Assembly (NCBI GenBank): GCA_002189035.1 | Contig: NEEC01000015.1 | Span: forward strand, 1,426,001-1,490,000 | Length of the DNA: 64,000 nt | Direction of reading: 5' to 3' | Origin: Utricularia gibba | Lineage: Eukaryota > Plantae > Magnoliophyta | In this document: positions 25,804-40,621 of the stretch, piece after piece | Position numbering within the stretch: position 1 is the stretch's first letter | How the letters are laid out: every line of letters starts with the position of its first letter | Position numbers and translations under genes: made by a program | The notes under the pieces: model-generated | What the model saw: the letters and a program-made list of their open reading frames with translations, nothing else | The model's database searches: none | What the model was told of the DNA's origin: nothing

Positions 25804-28127
25804 GGTTATGATTCACTGCAAATGGAGAAACGTAGAATCAGAAAAGTATTTAATGCACAATGAAGTCGTCACTGCCGCGGGGCACCATTCTGGATCAAGC
25901 TAGACATCTTAGATGAACTGAACAAAGCAACTGCTTGAAAAAAAAAACCCATTCAGAAACATGGTACAAGTAAAAGTGAACAGCAAAAGAAGCACTTCAA
26001 AAATTCAAACTGAAAGGCAACCAGGAGAACAGAGCATGCTCAGGCAGTGAGGGCTAATGACAAAGGGCCGATTACATTCAACATCTATGAGAGGGGTTGT
26101 GGGTGGAAAGAGCGAAATCGAGTAGGTATAATGCTCATAAACAGAGACCCATATAAAAGTATCAAACAGAACAAACAATTGATGCCACGTTCAAGTAGAA
26201 GCTTTGTAGCACCAGAAAAAAGGGTTGAGGAAACATCATGAGCTCCAATCAGATGATCACTCGCTCAAAAAAAAAAAGGAACATCAGTCAGAAGAAAAGT
26301 CACAAGCAACGCATTGATCCACTTTCTCAGTTTGCTCAAAAAACACACGTGCAAATCCAAACGGAATCATACCGACTCTCCTCAGATTTATAGTAAGAGC
26401 ACAACCTTTCAGCCCAGGATTGACCAAGTTTCAAAACCTCACATCCGAAAGAAAACCCAGCAACGATGAAATATATAACAGACGATGAAAACAGCAATCA
26501 TCACCAACAGTTGAAAGCAATCTCCTTTGAGTAGTGTACCTGGAAAGTGAAACGATTTCTAGCAAAAGGACCCAGAAGTCCACCACTAAAACGACCTTTT
26601 TGGTTGAGTGCTCCACAGACACATCTAATATATTATACAACAACAGCAACAAAAACACAGGGATGCGGAAGAAAAATCTTGCCAAGAAAAAGGAGGAGCC
26701 TGACCCCAATCATTTTATTTTTCGTTCCATGTTTTGAATTTGTTCGAGGGATTCATACTACGCCTGAAAACGACAAAGGATCCAAGTTGATCGCTGAACT
26801 GCTGCAGCCGATAGCCTCCGAATCCCACCTAAAAAGATCGCACCTTTGTCAACGACTCCCGCGGTTTTCTCCCAATCTACAGCCACTTGCTTCTGAAAAG
26901 TGAGTCATTTTAAACGACGAAAATGATTGAAATTATTTAGTCTTCATTAGTAATTATTAATGGGAATAATTAGTTATTATTCTTCCTCTCTTTTTTGAAC
27001 TTAATCTTATCATTTTTATAATTAAAAATATATAATAATATTTTTTTCATACATGAATTAATTCATATATTAAATAACCAAATTACTTATTCAAAATGGC
27101 GATATATTATCCAATGGAAACCTGCCAAATGCGATATAGGAAAACTAAAATGTGACTTTAGTTATTAATAATAATTGCTTTTTAGTTAGCGTAGTTAAAT
27201 GTAAGATTATTAAACTAGGATTTAATTAAAATCAAATATTATTTTTTTATCTTTTAAAATATATTTTTATAATATTTAATATTCTCTTTATTTAATTATT
27301 AGAATACTATTTTAACCTAAGTTTAAAGTGGTCGTAAAATAATTATAATAATTATAATAATACTGATAATTGTAGTCACAAAAATGCATCACGATTTCCG
27401 ATGAAGGTGATTTTTTTCTTTTTGGTAAACAATAAAATAAATATCGATATTATAAATTTCTGACAGGGCCTCACCGTAATTAACGACAAATTGGGAATCC
27501 AATGTGAAACAGTGAATCCCGGAATTAGGGCGGCGCGTTTGACGAGTTTGAATTGGAGTGAGTACTGCCGGCGAGAAGACGCGTGGGCTCCACTCGCAAC
27601 GGACAGGTGGAGGTGGTTTGACGGGAAGGCGGTGGAGGTGCAAACGGGTATGCAACGTCCATGCTAATCTTGTTTTCCTCTCTCTCTGGTCGCATGTTCC
27701 CCGTACCCGTTGCGTGTTGGCATGCTAAAGCGTGAATTCTCTTCTTTCCTTGGCATTGTCGAAGCGATTTTGCGCAAAACATTGCCCTGATGGTCGTGCT
27801 CCTTTGATTCGTGTATAGACGATCGAGATAAAGGAAAAACGCACTGGCTCGAATCAGAGATTGGTATGCATGCACTCTCAAAACTGCCGAATCCGTGCTC
27901 TTTTGTTCTGGCTGTTGTGTGAACGCATTTCTGTTTATAGCACGTATGTTCAATTGCTTTGCCGATTAGCATTTGGGTTTCTTTTATCGGCTTAGCCTCT
28001 TGATTTCTGGTTGCTGTTTTCTTTGTTTTACGTTTGGTGGTGTGTTCGGATATAGGGCTCAGACTCTTGGGTGATAGCGGGTTCTTTTTTGTCTCATATA
28101 GAGCTGTTCCCGCGGGGCTAGAAGAGG

Positions 28128-31100
28128 ATGTCTAGTTTCGTAGGAGTTGTAGTTTCGGATCAATGGCTGCAGAGCCAGTTCACACAAGTGGAGCTTCGTG
28201 GCCTCAAATCGAAGGTAAGTTCCATGCATTGATTCCATCAGTCCTGAGTTGTATCTTGACATTGAGTGCATGCTTTCGTTTATATGTATATGTTGGCACA
28301 TTGATTCTTGTCTTTTTGATGTAATGATTACGCCATTTGATGTTCACGTTTGAAATTATGGTTCTATGGTAATTTTTGGCATTATGTGTAGTTTGTATCA
28401 GTGAAGAATGCGAATGGTAAAGTCACGGTGGAAGATTTGCCATCCTCCATGGCAAAGTTAAAAGGCTTCAGCGACAGATATAATGAGGGGGAGATTAGGG
28501 AGGCACTTGGCGAACTGTATTCAGATATGAGTCAGGAAATCGATTTCGAAGGCTTTCTCAGGGTAAGTCTTTCCATGCGTGTTAACAGACACCAATATTT
28601 CAGTGCCTTGTTTGCATTGCCGTGGACAACATTTGGTGCATGCAGGCATACTTGGAATTACAGAAAAGGGCCACTGCAAAATTGGGAAGTTCCAAGAACT
28701 CATCTTCCTTCCTTAAGGCTGCCACGACAACTCTCTTGCACTCTATTAGCGAGTCGGAGAAGTCATCATATGTGGCTCATATCAATAGCTATTTAAGAGA
28801 TGATCCATTTCTGAAGCAATTCCTTCCAATTGATCCGTCTTCAAATGATCTATTCAACCTCGCCAAAGATGGAGTTTTACTATGGTATTTTTTCCTTACA
28901 CTTTCAGTGTGTCATCATCCAATGGATTGGGTGTCACTTATTCATTTATGCTATTCTTGAATCTGTTGCAGTAAGCTGATTAATGTTGCAGTACCTGGGA
29001 CAATTGATGATCGTGCCATCAATACAAAAAGAGTGCTAAATCCCTGGGAAAGAAATGAAAACCACACTCTCTGTCTCAACTCCGCCAAAGCCATTGGATG
29101 CACCGTTGTGAATATTGGAGCTCAGGACCTGATTGAAGGAAGAGTAAGCTGAGTTATTGGTCTCAGAGATTGATCTCTATTTGAAGCTCCATGTTTAACC
29201 TATTTACATTTTCTCATTGTTTATTGGCAGCCTCATCTAGTTCTTGGGCTGATTTCTCAAATTATCAAGGTTACTTCCTCTTTATTGTATCTCTTTCTTT
29301 CCTTTTTAGTTTATGTTCTCATATGATATGAGAATAGAAGCTATACGTGGAGAACTCTGGGTTTCAAATGATAAAAAAAAAGTTCGTTGCATTCGTGTAG
29401 TGATCTTGAATGACTTCAATATTCTTTGTATCTTGCTTTTGCATTCAGATTCAACTACTAGCAGATCTCAATCTCCGAAAGACACCCCAGCTTCTGGAAT
29501 TGGTTGAGGACAACAGTGTAATATACTAAACTATTTATGTGTTTATTTGTTTTTGCTGAAACTCACATTTTTTTAAGCATACTCTCATGCTTAGGATGTT
29601 GAGGAGCTGATGGGGCTTGCGCCAGAAAAGGTTCTCCTTAAATGGATGAATTTCCATCTAAAGAAAGCTGGATACAAGAAAACTGTGTCAAATTTTTCTT
29701 CTGACTTGAAGGTAAATTTCTCGGAATTCATCTTTTGGTAATTTGATATTATTTTTGTCTGGTTTTTTTTATTGATAGTTAGTATTTTCTCATGCATCAT
29801 GAAGGGATATTTGCTATATTTATGGTATCTGACTGTTCTCACATCATTTGTCACTTCAATATTATTTACTATACTCTTTTGTTCACTAGGATGGAGAGGC
29901 TTATGCGTATCTTCTTAATGTTCTTGCACCAGAACATTGTGATCCTGGCACTTTAGATGTTAAGGATCCTACAGAAAGGGCTAATATGGTTCTTGAGCAC
30001 GCAGAGAAAATGGACTGCAAAAGATATCTCACTCCAAAGGATATTGTGGAGGGATCCTCAAATTTGAATCTGGCCTTTGTTGCACAGATATTTCACCAGA
30101 GGTGAAGCGATCAAGCTGTTTGATTTTAGGCTATTTGATGTCTGTCTAGAACTGTTGCAATGTTTAATGTCTCACTTATTTCAATGTAAATATAAAGAGA
30201 TTTAGTTTATGGAAAATTGTCAACTCAGTGCTGATCATTTGATTCGAAGCTATTGAACTAGCTTTATTAGCTTTTGATCGATTGCTAGAATGTTGATAAA
30301 CAGTTTCTGGTAAAAATTCGAAATGCGTTTATTTATTGATACTTATTCATTTTTTTATGATTTACTCCATAAATCTTTGTCAGCCACCTTATTGAACTGA
30401 ATAATTCCAGGAATGGGTTGTCATCAGACAACAAGAAGTTTTCTTTTGCTGAGATGATGACGGATGATGAACTAATATCTAGGGAAGAGAGGTGCTTTCG
30501 CCTGTGGATTAACAGTCTCGGGATTGACTCTTATGTAAACAACTTGTTTGAGGATGTTCGGAATGGGTTAGTATTTCAGCTTAATGAAATTTCTAAATAC
30601 TGATGTTGAGACTGTCATTTGTTTGGATTCATATTCCTGATGTTACAAAATTTTCAGATGGGTTCTTCTTGGAGTTCTGGATAAGGTCTCTCCAGGATCT
30701 GTTAACTGGAAGCAAGCAACAAAGCCTCCTATTAAAATGCCATTTAGAAAAGTAGAGAACTGCAATCAAGTCATTAGGATAGGGAAGCATTTGAAACTCT
30801 CTTTGGTAAATGTTGCTGGAAATGATTTTGTTCAGGGAAACAAGAAGCTGATACTTGGTAAGGACGTGATTAATTTTGGTATATTGAGTATATGCTTTGT
30901 TTTTAATTTTGGCATGTCACTTCCTTTTCTAATAACTGTTACATGGAATATAAGAAAGACATCTTATTTAAGAGTTCTTGAATCAATTTATCGTCTAGAT
31001 GTTGTGTTTCTGTGTCCTTGGCTCAGTATTCAGCCATAGCCTGTAATTGTTCTATTCTCTTTTTTGTTAAACCATAGTTTATAATGGAAAACTGAAAAAA

Positions 31101-32313
31101 ATGGAATCATGCTCTTCTGAAATAGTCGTCTGTTGGCAGCTTTTCTTTGGCAATTGATGAGGTATAATATGCTTCAACTTCTAAAGAACTTGAGATCTCG
31201 CTTCCAAGGAAAGGAAATAAGTGATGCTGATATTTTGAACTGGGCTAATAAAAAAGTGAAGAGTTCAGGCCGAAAATCTCAGATTGAAAGTTTCAAGGTA
31301 TAAAATCAGTGTCTACAGATTCAGTTTTCGTTCCTGCGTGCAAACCCGCTGATGGATTATTTCTCCCATTTTATGTAGGACAAGAATCTTTCTAATGGGC
31401 TCTTCTTCCTCGAGCTGCTTAGCTCAGTGGAGCCGAGAGTTGTGAACTGGAATCTAGTGACCAAGGGTGAAAGTGGTTAGTGCTCAGTTTAAGTTGCATT
31501 TGAGTAGCATTATTTATTAAATATTTGTTATAGAGCCTTGCTTGTTTTATGCTCTAGATGAGGAGAAAAAGCTGAATGCCACCTACATAATCAGTGTTGC
31601 CAGGAAACTTGGCTGCTCAATATTCCTGCTGCCTGAAGACATCATGGACGTAAGGAATGCATTACATTTTTGCTTTTCTTGCCATGTCATGTGGATATCT
31701 GATATGGATAAGCTAAACGAATTAGAAAAACCAAATGATGCTGATTGCTAAGTGAATTGATAATGAGTTGTGTTTTAATCGACCTTTGCTTCTCATCTTT
31801 AGAAAAAAACCAAGAGCATATACATTAAGTCCAAGGCACAATCCTGGCCCGTCTCCAAATATTGCACATCTGATTACTAGACTGCTGTGGCATAAAATTG
31901 ATGTATATAGTTTTCCTGATTGTCGTCTTTTGTAATGTTTTCAACAGGTGAACCAGAAAATGATGCTCACCCTGACGGCGAGTATCATGTATTGGAGCCT
32001 CCAGCAGCCCACAGATGGCTCTGAATCATCCCCGAGCACCGCCACGAGCCATGGAGAACCTTCAGTGGATGAAATATCGCTACCTGACTCAGCACCGTCA
32101 CCGTCAACCGATGATACAGCAATCTCCCGTTTTGCACCCGGTGATATGTCCCCTCCTCCATCCTCAGACGGAGAAGAAGTGAACTCCATTGTTTCGGAGA
32201 TGTCAAACATGTCTATCAACAGCCCCGCCGTCTTCTCGCCTTCTGCCGTATCCGACACGGCGACATCTGCTCGGTTTGCTGGTGATGTGGAACCTGAAAC
32301 AAAGGGAGGATAG
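28128..32313 (+). CDS. FIM: Fimbrin (actin-bundling protein with four CH domains), 14 exons
   Basis: Starts [24 protein letters not shown]. Contains [40 protein letters not shown] and [17 protein letters not shown]. All exons join in frame with GT-AG introns. Confidence 0.95.
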
Positions 32314-33219
32314 TGTTCCAACTTCCTACGGCTCCTCCTTTTTGGTCCCAATGAACAGGGAGAGAGTTTTTGCTGGAGTGCTTAAGAATTAATTTCAACC
32401 ATTTTTCCATTTCTTCTGTTACATTTACATATTGTATTCATTTCTTGATTTTATTACTCGTAATATCCAGCCACAATATAAGCTTTTGTGTAGGCATCCA
32501 ATTGAATATGAAGGCAGTTTTATTATCAAATATTAATTGATTTTTGTTTCAAAAAAGTGGAAGTTTTAAAATATTTTTTTCATTTTAATCGGTTATAAAG
32601 ATATGATTTTTATTTCATTAAAAGTATTTTTTGGAAAATAATTTTTTAAAAAGAATCAAATAAGATTAAAATGATACTAAATATAATGCTTCATTTTAAA
32701 GAAAACATCTCATACACAATTAAAAGTATATTTGTGTAAACGTTTCATTCTCCATTCTCCGTTCGCGGTTAATGTCGTATATTATTACCAGGCTTCTTAA
32801 AGATGAAATAAAAAGGGATTTTTAAATCACGTTTGGGCTAAGAAGGCTCGGTTGATGCTTATAAAGAGGCCCGAACTGTGGCCCATTTACTGCCAAATTT
32901 CCTATTTCTGAGGGGAATGAAACGCCTTCTGAATTTGTGATGCGGGATCCTTTTCTTAGCATTTGCAGATCGACGATTATCTGAATCTCCCGGTGAATTG
33001 TCGCCGGATCGAGTTACTTCCATCGCCGCTTTGTGAGTTCCGCTGCTAATCATTGCAAGTGATTCGAGCACTGATTGCTATTATCAGTTCTCTTGTTTTA
33101 CGCGATTTCTAGCTCTTTATGCGCGTTGAGTTTGGGATGATTCGCCAGTGTGTGTGGATAACCTGATATTTAATCCATGACATGGATATCTGCTATTTGA
33201 TAGTTAAAGCGAATTAGAG

Positions 33220-34286
33220 ATGGGGTTTTTGGTGACTACACTGATATTCCTTGTTGTCGGGGTTATCGCATCACTCCTCACCAGAATCTGCTGCAATCGA
33301 GGGCCTTCCGCCAACCTGTACGCTGATGTTCTTTTCTTCTTTGGTGAAATCATTTCGATATTTTTATAACCTTTCTGTTGTTGTCTTTGTCGTTTGTGAT
33401 GCAGGCTACATCTGACTTTGATTATTACAGCAACAGTGTGCTGTTGGATGATGTAAGTTTTCGTTTTTTAAATTTACATTGTTGATATGCGCAACACTTT
33501 TCCTTTGGTTTTTGTTCTCCTTATCTCGTCCTTGAAGCTGCCGATTTTACTTTCGGTTTAGAGAAGTAATTATGAGTTTAGTCATACTGGTGAAGTGACC
33601 AAGTGAATGCATAAACAAAAGAACTCTTTAAACTTGCCTTTACTATGTAGATTCTGGGATGTATAGTCGCTGTGTTACCTTATTAACTGTTACAATTAAA
33701 TGTTGATAAGAGTTCACAGGCAGCCCTTTTCATAGCATACATGTTTCATTCTAAACCCTTGAGATCTAAACCCTCGAGAGAAATGCTCATTTCAGTTTGT
33801 CTCATAATTGAAATGTAACGTTATTGCAATTTTATACTAGAGAAAAAGCCATATTCCCAACCCCTAAGCTTAAAATAGACTTTTAGTTGGATCCGTGTTG
33901 ATTTTTGGAGATCTTACATTCCACGAACGGTTTAAAAAAAACTCAAATGAAATAATGTATAGGACGAGATCTGATCCTGCATGTAGAACTTGGTTTTGTA
34001 TGAATTCTGTGCAAGATTTCACCATCAGCCTGGTGGGTGTGAAAGCCCTTTTAGTGTTTCATAACCTTGCTGGTTGTTGTGCTGCACATCATTCGGATGT
34101 GGATACAGAAAAAATGTGGGACCATGAAATTCAAAGAATCTCTAGCCACTGTTGGATGTTGAATTTGATGTTCTTATGTTTATACAAGTCTCACCACTCT
34201 ACGTATTGTTTGTGTGCAGGTGGGCTATTGTTTATCTGGCGCAGATGAAACCGCTAATAGTTCCGATTTTGAATGATACAGAGTAA
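33220..34286 (+). CDS. VHA-e: V-type proton ATPase subunit e (70 aa, 3 small exons; not in the ORF track)
   Basis: [33 protein letters not shown]|[16 protein letters not shown]|[21 protein letters not shown], joined by GT-AG introns. Confidence 0.93.
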
Positions 34287-35962
34287 GTGGAAGTTGTGCC
34301 CCTTGAGTGTGCATGGGAATAATGCAAAATCCTCTTCTTTTCTGCCGCATGTGTAATTATATTGTATCGAGTGAAGCAACTTCAGGATCATTGTTGGATT
34401 GCTCCCCATTTGCTGTTCTGGAAAACCTTTTCCTCGATGCGTTATTATGCAGTTCCATTGGCATTACATGTTGCGAACAGAATTGAAACCCGAGTTTGTG
34501 CCGTGGAACTGTTTGTTTATTACATGTAGTTGAGATGGGTATTAGGAAATGACAGCAAGAGGATCGATCTCCTCCCTCGAAGATAGTATTTTTTCTCCCT
34601 TTAAATACGGAGTTTCTGGGCATTGGTGTATCCAACTAAGGGGAAACGGACACGTTTCACCGTTTCCAGCCGTTGGATCACCTAAATCTGGATCATAGGG
34701 ATTGTTTCCACAGCAATTTGGGCCTCACACGGCCAATAAGGTGAACTGGGCTTTACTAAGTGCATTTTCCTAAACAAAAATGATCCGTTTATCTTTAGAA
34801 AATAATTATTAGAAAATTTCGAGAAAAATAATTGGTCAATTTAATTTTTAAGTTTTAACATTGTAAAAAAATATAATTATGTTTAAATAATTTCTCTAAG
34901 TCTGGTCTTGTTTCATTTATAAATATCATTTGTCAATTGAAAGTAAGTACACCCTTTCGCATATTTTAATTTCATTGTTTTGTCCGTCAACGCATGATTT
35001 GTGTGTGGGTCGTGGCCTACAATCGGGAGCTCTTAGTAAAATTGTTAGAACACACGCCTATTTGTCGGCGGCCACCCACTAGCCATCTTTTACTAGTCGT
35101 AGTCCGTAGGAGGAGGCCTTTTCCATGTCCATGTATTCTCAAACTCCATTAGGGGAATAATTTTCGTCGTTGCCGGAACCGTACTCTCCCACCACAAAAA
35201 TAAACAGATGAAAGGAAACCGTGAGAGTTTTCAGCATTTCTGGAGAGGGGAGGTGGGCGGAGCAGATGTTAACTGCTTTCTGTTGCAAGTTGATCTTGTC
35301 TCGATGCTTGGCCGGCCGGGCACTGGTTGGTGGTAACCTTCTTTGGGGTTCGAGGTCTGGTTTTAGGTTCAGGCATTGATTTTGGGGATGAATTCGGAGC
35401 GCCCCCTCGTGGACCAACCACGTGTGGGTGTCCGTAGCTTTAGTCTATTCTACACCATCTCCATCTGTCACTTGGGGCTGTCGGTGGAGTCGAATGACTG
35501 GTTGAAGCAGAGAGACGCAGGCAGCGGAGGGAGGGCTCTATAATGCCTCATAAATGCGGGGTTGGCCAACCAGTTGGAGCTCCTCTTTCTCCCACTTTAA
35601 TGACCCCATGCCACCCTTCTTGAACTCCTCAAATCAGAGTTTGTGAGATGGACCCGAACTTCAATCTTTCTGTTTGTGTTTTGTAACACCAACTAACATA
35701 CTTTTCAGAAAAGCAGAGTTACTGTTGTGGGAGAGCGTTGTTAGTTTCTCCATTCCATTGATTGACACAAAGGTGGGCGAGCACGTTGAATCGCTTTATT
35801 CGATCGTTTGTAGGTCGAACGTGCCATGGCATATGCAACCATTTTCTTGCTCATCACAGACGACAGAAGCAGTTACCTCTGTGGGGGAAAAACCGAGTTG
35901 AATGTTGTCCTCAAACAATACCCTTTGTAAGTGTTTTTGGCTGTGAGCTGTTGGTGTGTTTT

Positions 35963-37884
35963 TTATACAGAAGTAATCATCGATGGTTCTGTGGACATGG
36001 AGATGCCTCTCTGAAGGGAATGGAGTTTGGCGAACACCCCAACTAGCGGTGCTGTATTGTAAGTGCAGGCCTCGGTTTGCTTGAAGTTCCCCCTTACATC
36101 CATGAACCCATCGCTCCCGTTTGGTCCGCCGACGAGCGCTCCGATCAGGATATTCGGGTTCGGGTCGCGCCGCCCGTACCAGGTGTCGTACCCCTGGCCG
36201 CACCCCACAAACGCCTTGCTCAGTATGAAGGGCTCCATGGAAGCACCTCTGTGGTGCACCCTTTGAGGGTAGGACTGCCCGTAACCAACCAAATAGCTGA
36301 TCCCCTTTGGATTTCTTCCAAGAATGTAACCCACCTGTGACTCCACTAAGGCCAGGAGCTGACGGTAATCGGCCGAACCTCGATCACAGCTAACAGTCTG
36401 CCCCATTTCCCGGAGGTGGTCGGAGTAGACAGTGAGCAGGAAGGCCGCCGAAGAAACATGCTGCATGTTGTTCCATTCACGGGTGTACAGGAGACCGCCG
36501 GGGGTGCGGCGCACGTTAGTGGAGTTGTTCATGTTCAGACATGAGCACACGTAGTGCTCGGCCCTGGCCTTGTATTTCTCCAGTATCTCCCTTTCCTGCT
36601 TCTGTTTACCCTCCCTGGGGACCTGCACACAAGCAAACCATGAACTCATGAAGCTCACATACAGAAGATCGTGCTCGACGGAAACCAGTAAATGAAACTT
36701 GCCATGGAGAGGATGATCTGGAGGCCGGCGTACTTGATATCCCAAGTGAACTCAGTGATGGACCAGGTGACCCCGCCCAGGGCATGGGCGTGATCAATGG
36801 TGTAGGCCATGTAATCGGATGCGTCGGTGGCTCTGTGAAGCCAGGCCGCTGCCCAGAGTAACTCGTCCATGTAACCACTCACCGACGGGTAGTGCCTCTT
36901 CGCCCCTTCAATCGTTTCGTCGTATTTTCCTCGGTGCTTGTCCCCGAACTCGAACAACTGAACGGAAAGGAATGTTTTTCTCTGGTTATTTGGTAAACAA
37001 CACTAAAAAGATCATAGCTTTACTACGATTGGGTATACTGAACTCCTACCTGTTTGGCGTGTTCCAATAGGAGGCGTGAGTATTGTGGGTTTGTCGATCT
37101 AAACACAATGGAGGCTGCAGCCATCGCTGCCGCCGTCTCCGCCGCAACTTCGGAGCCGGGGTTGTGCTCATCGACCTTGTAAGCTCTCCGGGAAGTGCTC
37201 ATGTCCTCCGGCCGCTGCCAGCACAGGTGGTCGGTGTCGCCATCTCCGACCTGTTCACAGATCAAAACTTTGTCGTAAATCGGTTTTTGTCGGCAACATG
37301 ATTTGGAAACAAACAAACAAAAAGTCCGATCCTTGGCACCGTATAGACTCTCTCTGGATCCCCTGATTCAATTTCTATGTGTACCTGAGCCCAGAGAACA
37401 TTTGGATGAGAATGCGCTTTGATGAAATAGTCAGTCCCCCATTTTATCGCTTCAGTCGCATACCGGAGTTCCCCTGCGGCCGCCAGTTCTCGCCGGAATT
37501 CGATCACCCCCCACGACAACATTGTTATAGTGAATGCCATCGGTAGACCAAACTTGACATTATCGCCAGCGTCATAGTACCCTCCTACTAAATCCACCTA
37601 CAATCAGCAGAAACAATGTCACAGCGATAAGATAAGATGACAAGGAAACGGCATTCAGAGCAGGCACCTACCCCCTGTTCTAGGCCGTCGGTGAGGCCGG
37701 AGTGGTGGCGCCACCGCACTCGTTGATTGTACGGGAGGCGGCCGGACCGCTGAGCTTCGAAGTAGAGGAGGCTCTTGGAGAGCGCCTCTTTGTAATCAGG
37801 AGTTGGGTAGGGGGAGCAAGAGGTGGGGAAAAAGGCAAGGAGAGAAACCAACAAATGCGCAAGCAGAGACATTGACTTGATCAT
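35963..37884 (-). CDS. Glycoside hydrolase family 9 class B endo-1,4-beta-glucanase, secreted, 5 exons
   Basis: Signal peptide, [46 protein letters not shown] and [14 protein letters not shown]. No CBM49. Intron 4 has a GC donor. Confidence 0.93.
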
Positions 37885-39138
37885 GCATTGGATTGGCTTC
37901 TCTCTTCCCCCATTGTTGATGTTTCTGTTATGCTCTCAACCTACCTAAAGCACTCTGCTTGATATCTCTTTCAGTGTCTCTATCTCCCTCCTTTATATAT
38001 GGGAAGGAATCAAAGGCACGTGACAGTTTGGAATTCTTGCCTGAGCGTTACTGCTTTTTCTTTACTTGATTTGAAATTCTCCTCTGCAATCTGCTTTATT
38101 TCTGAAATCCATCGCCTTAACTGTCTCTTGTGCTCCACCTCCTCCTTTAAGCACCCCACCGGTGTATCAGAATCACTCTCAGGTTCTGCGGTTGCAACCT
38201 CCGGCCTGACTTTTAGTTAAATTCACTCTGATGCGGTGGAAGGGGCTGGTTGATGTCTATCTTTGTTCTTTGACTACTCGTTGGCTGACACACAGCATTG
38301 GTACTTGCTTTAAGCATGCTGCAATGTGGCTGAAACCATGTTGGTAGGGGCTGCGTGCGGTTCCATTGGAGCTTTACCTCTGGCTGCAAATGATATATGA
38401 CACAGTCTGGTCCACTCTATGAGATTCGTTGTCAAAACATGGCTATGCAGTTGGAAAATACTGAATAAATTTTTGATGAAAGTAAACACATGTAACAGTA
38501 TGAAAGAGGAATCATGTCAAAAGAACAGCTGTAGTAAAATTTAAAAATTACTAAAAGGCAGCAGAAGACAGATTTAGACACTTGCAAAAGATCATGCTGT
38601 AACTTACTCCATGTTAATCCTTTAGCTTTCTATTCTTGTTGTTTGAATCACGGAGAGCTTGTATCTGGTGGCAGGTTGAGAAATGTGAATCTATTAATAA
38701 CAAGATCCCAAGAGTGCAAGAGATGTACAGTAGTTAAAATGAGTTTCCTTTTCCGTTAATGCAGTGTTGCTGTAGATGAGGAAGCAGATAGGCCTGGAAC
38801 TGAGGACTTGCATGGGAGTTCTAGAGATATGTGAAAATGCAGGAGAATCAGTGCAGTGGGTTTATTTTCCTTGTCATTCTAAGGAATTCGAAGGTAACAA
38901 AGATTCATTTCCACTGAAATTATAAACTAATGGATATTGCATCACTGCTGTAATCTAATGCACTGATACGTGTATTCATACTGATAAATAAGAAGTTCAG
39001 AAAAAACACGCGCGAACTTGATCCTAGATGTGTCATAGAGACCATGAAAGTCTGCAGTTCACAATAAGCACAAAAACCAAATGAAACTAGTCGTAGGAAA
39101 CCCTTGAGATGATGACACAAACAAAGAGCACCACTAGA

Positions 39139-40223
<1,085 letters not shown>

Positions 40224-40621
40224 TACCCCGATCGAAGATCCGAAGCTTGGCTTTCTTCTTCTCCACCGATTTCAACTCCCACGGCTAGCGAAGCGTCGCA
40301 AATCGCAGCAACAAATGCGAACTCGAGAGTGGCATTAGGCGTCCTCCATTTTATAGCGGGCTTTTTCTGAATATTTTATATTCATCAAAAGCTTTTATGA
40401 GTTATTATTAGAAAAAAATGGACGGCTGAGATCTTCGAGAATCCACGATGGATGGGGGGGTCAGCGCCTCTTTTCTCGAAGAAGGAAAAGGGTTGCGTAA
40501 AATCTAAGCGGAAAATATTTATTTGCTTGGTGGGACAAAACTTGTGAAATTTGCATTTTTAGCCCCTTTCGTTGTCAGATATTTGATAGTGAGGCCACGC
40601 GCTTTCCGCTACAGTAGGAAA

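Noticed and set aside
35575-35600. ggagctcctctttctccca resembles a miR159/319 star arm
   Set aside because: No downstream ttgga(c/t)tgaagggagctc mature sequence.
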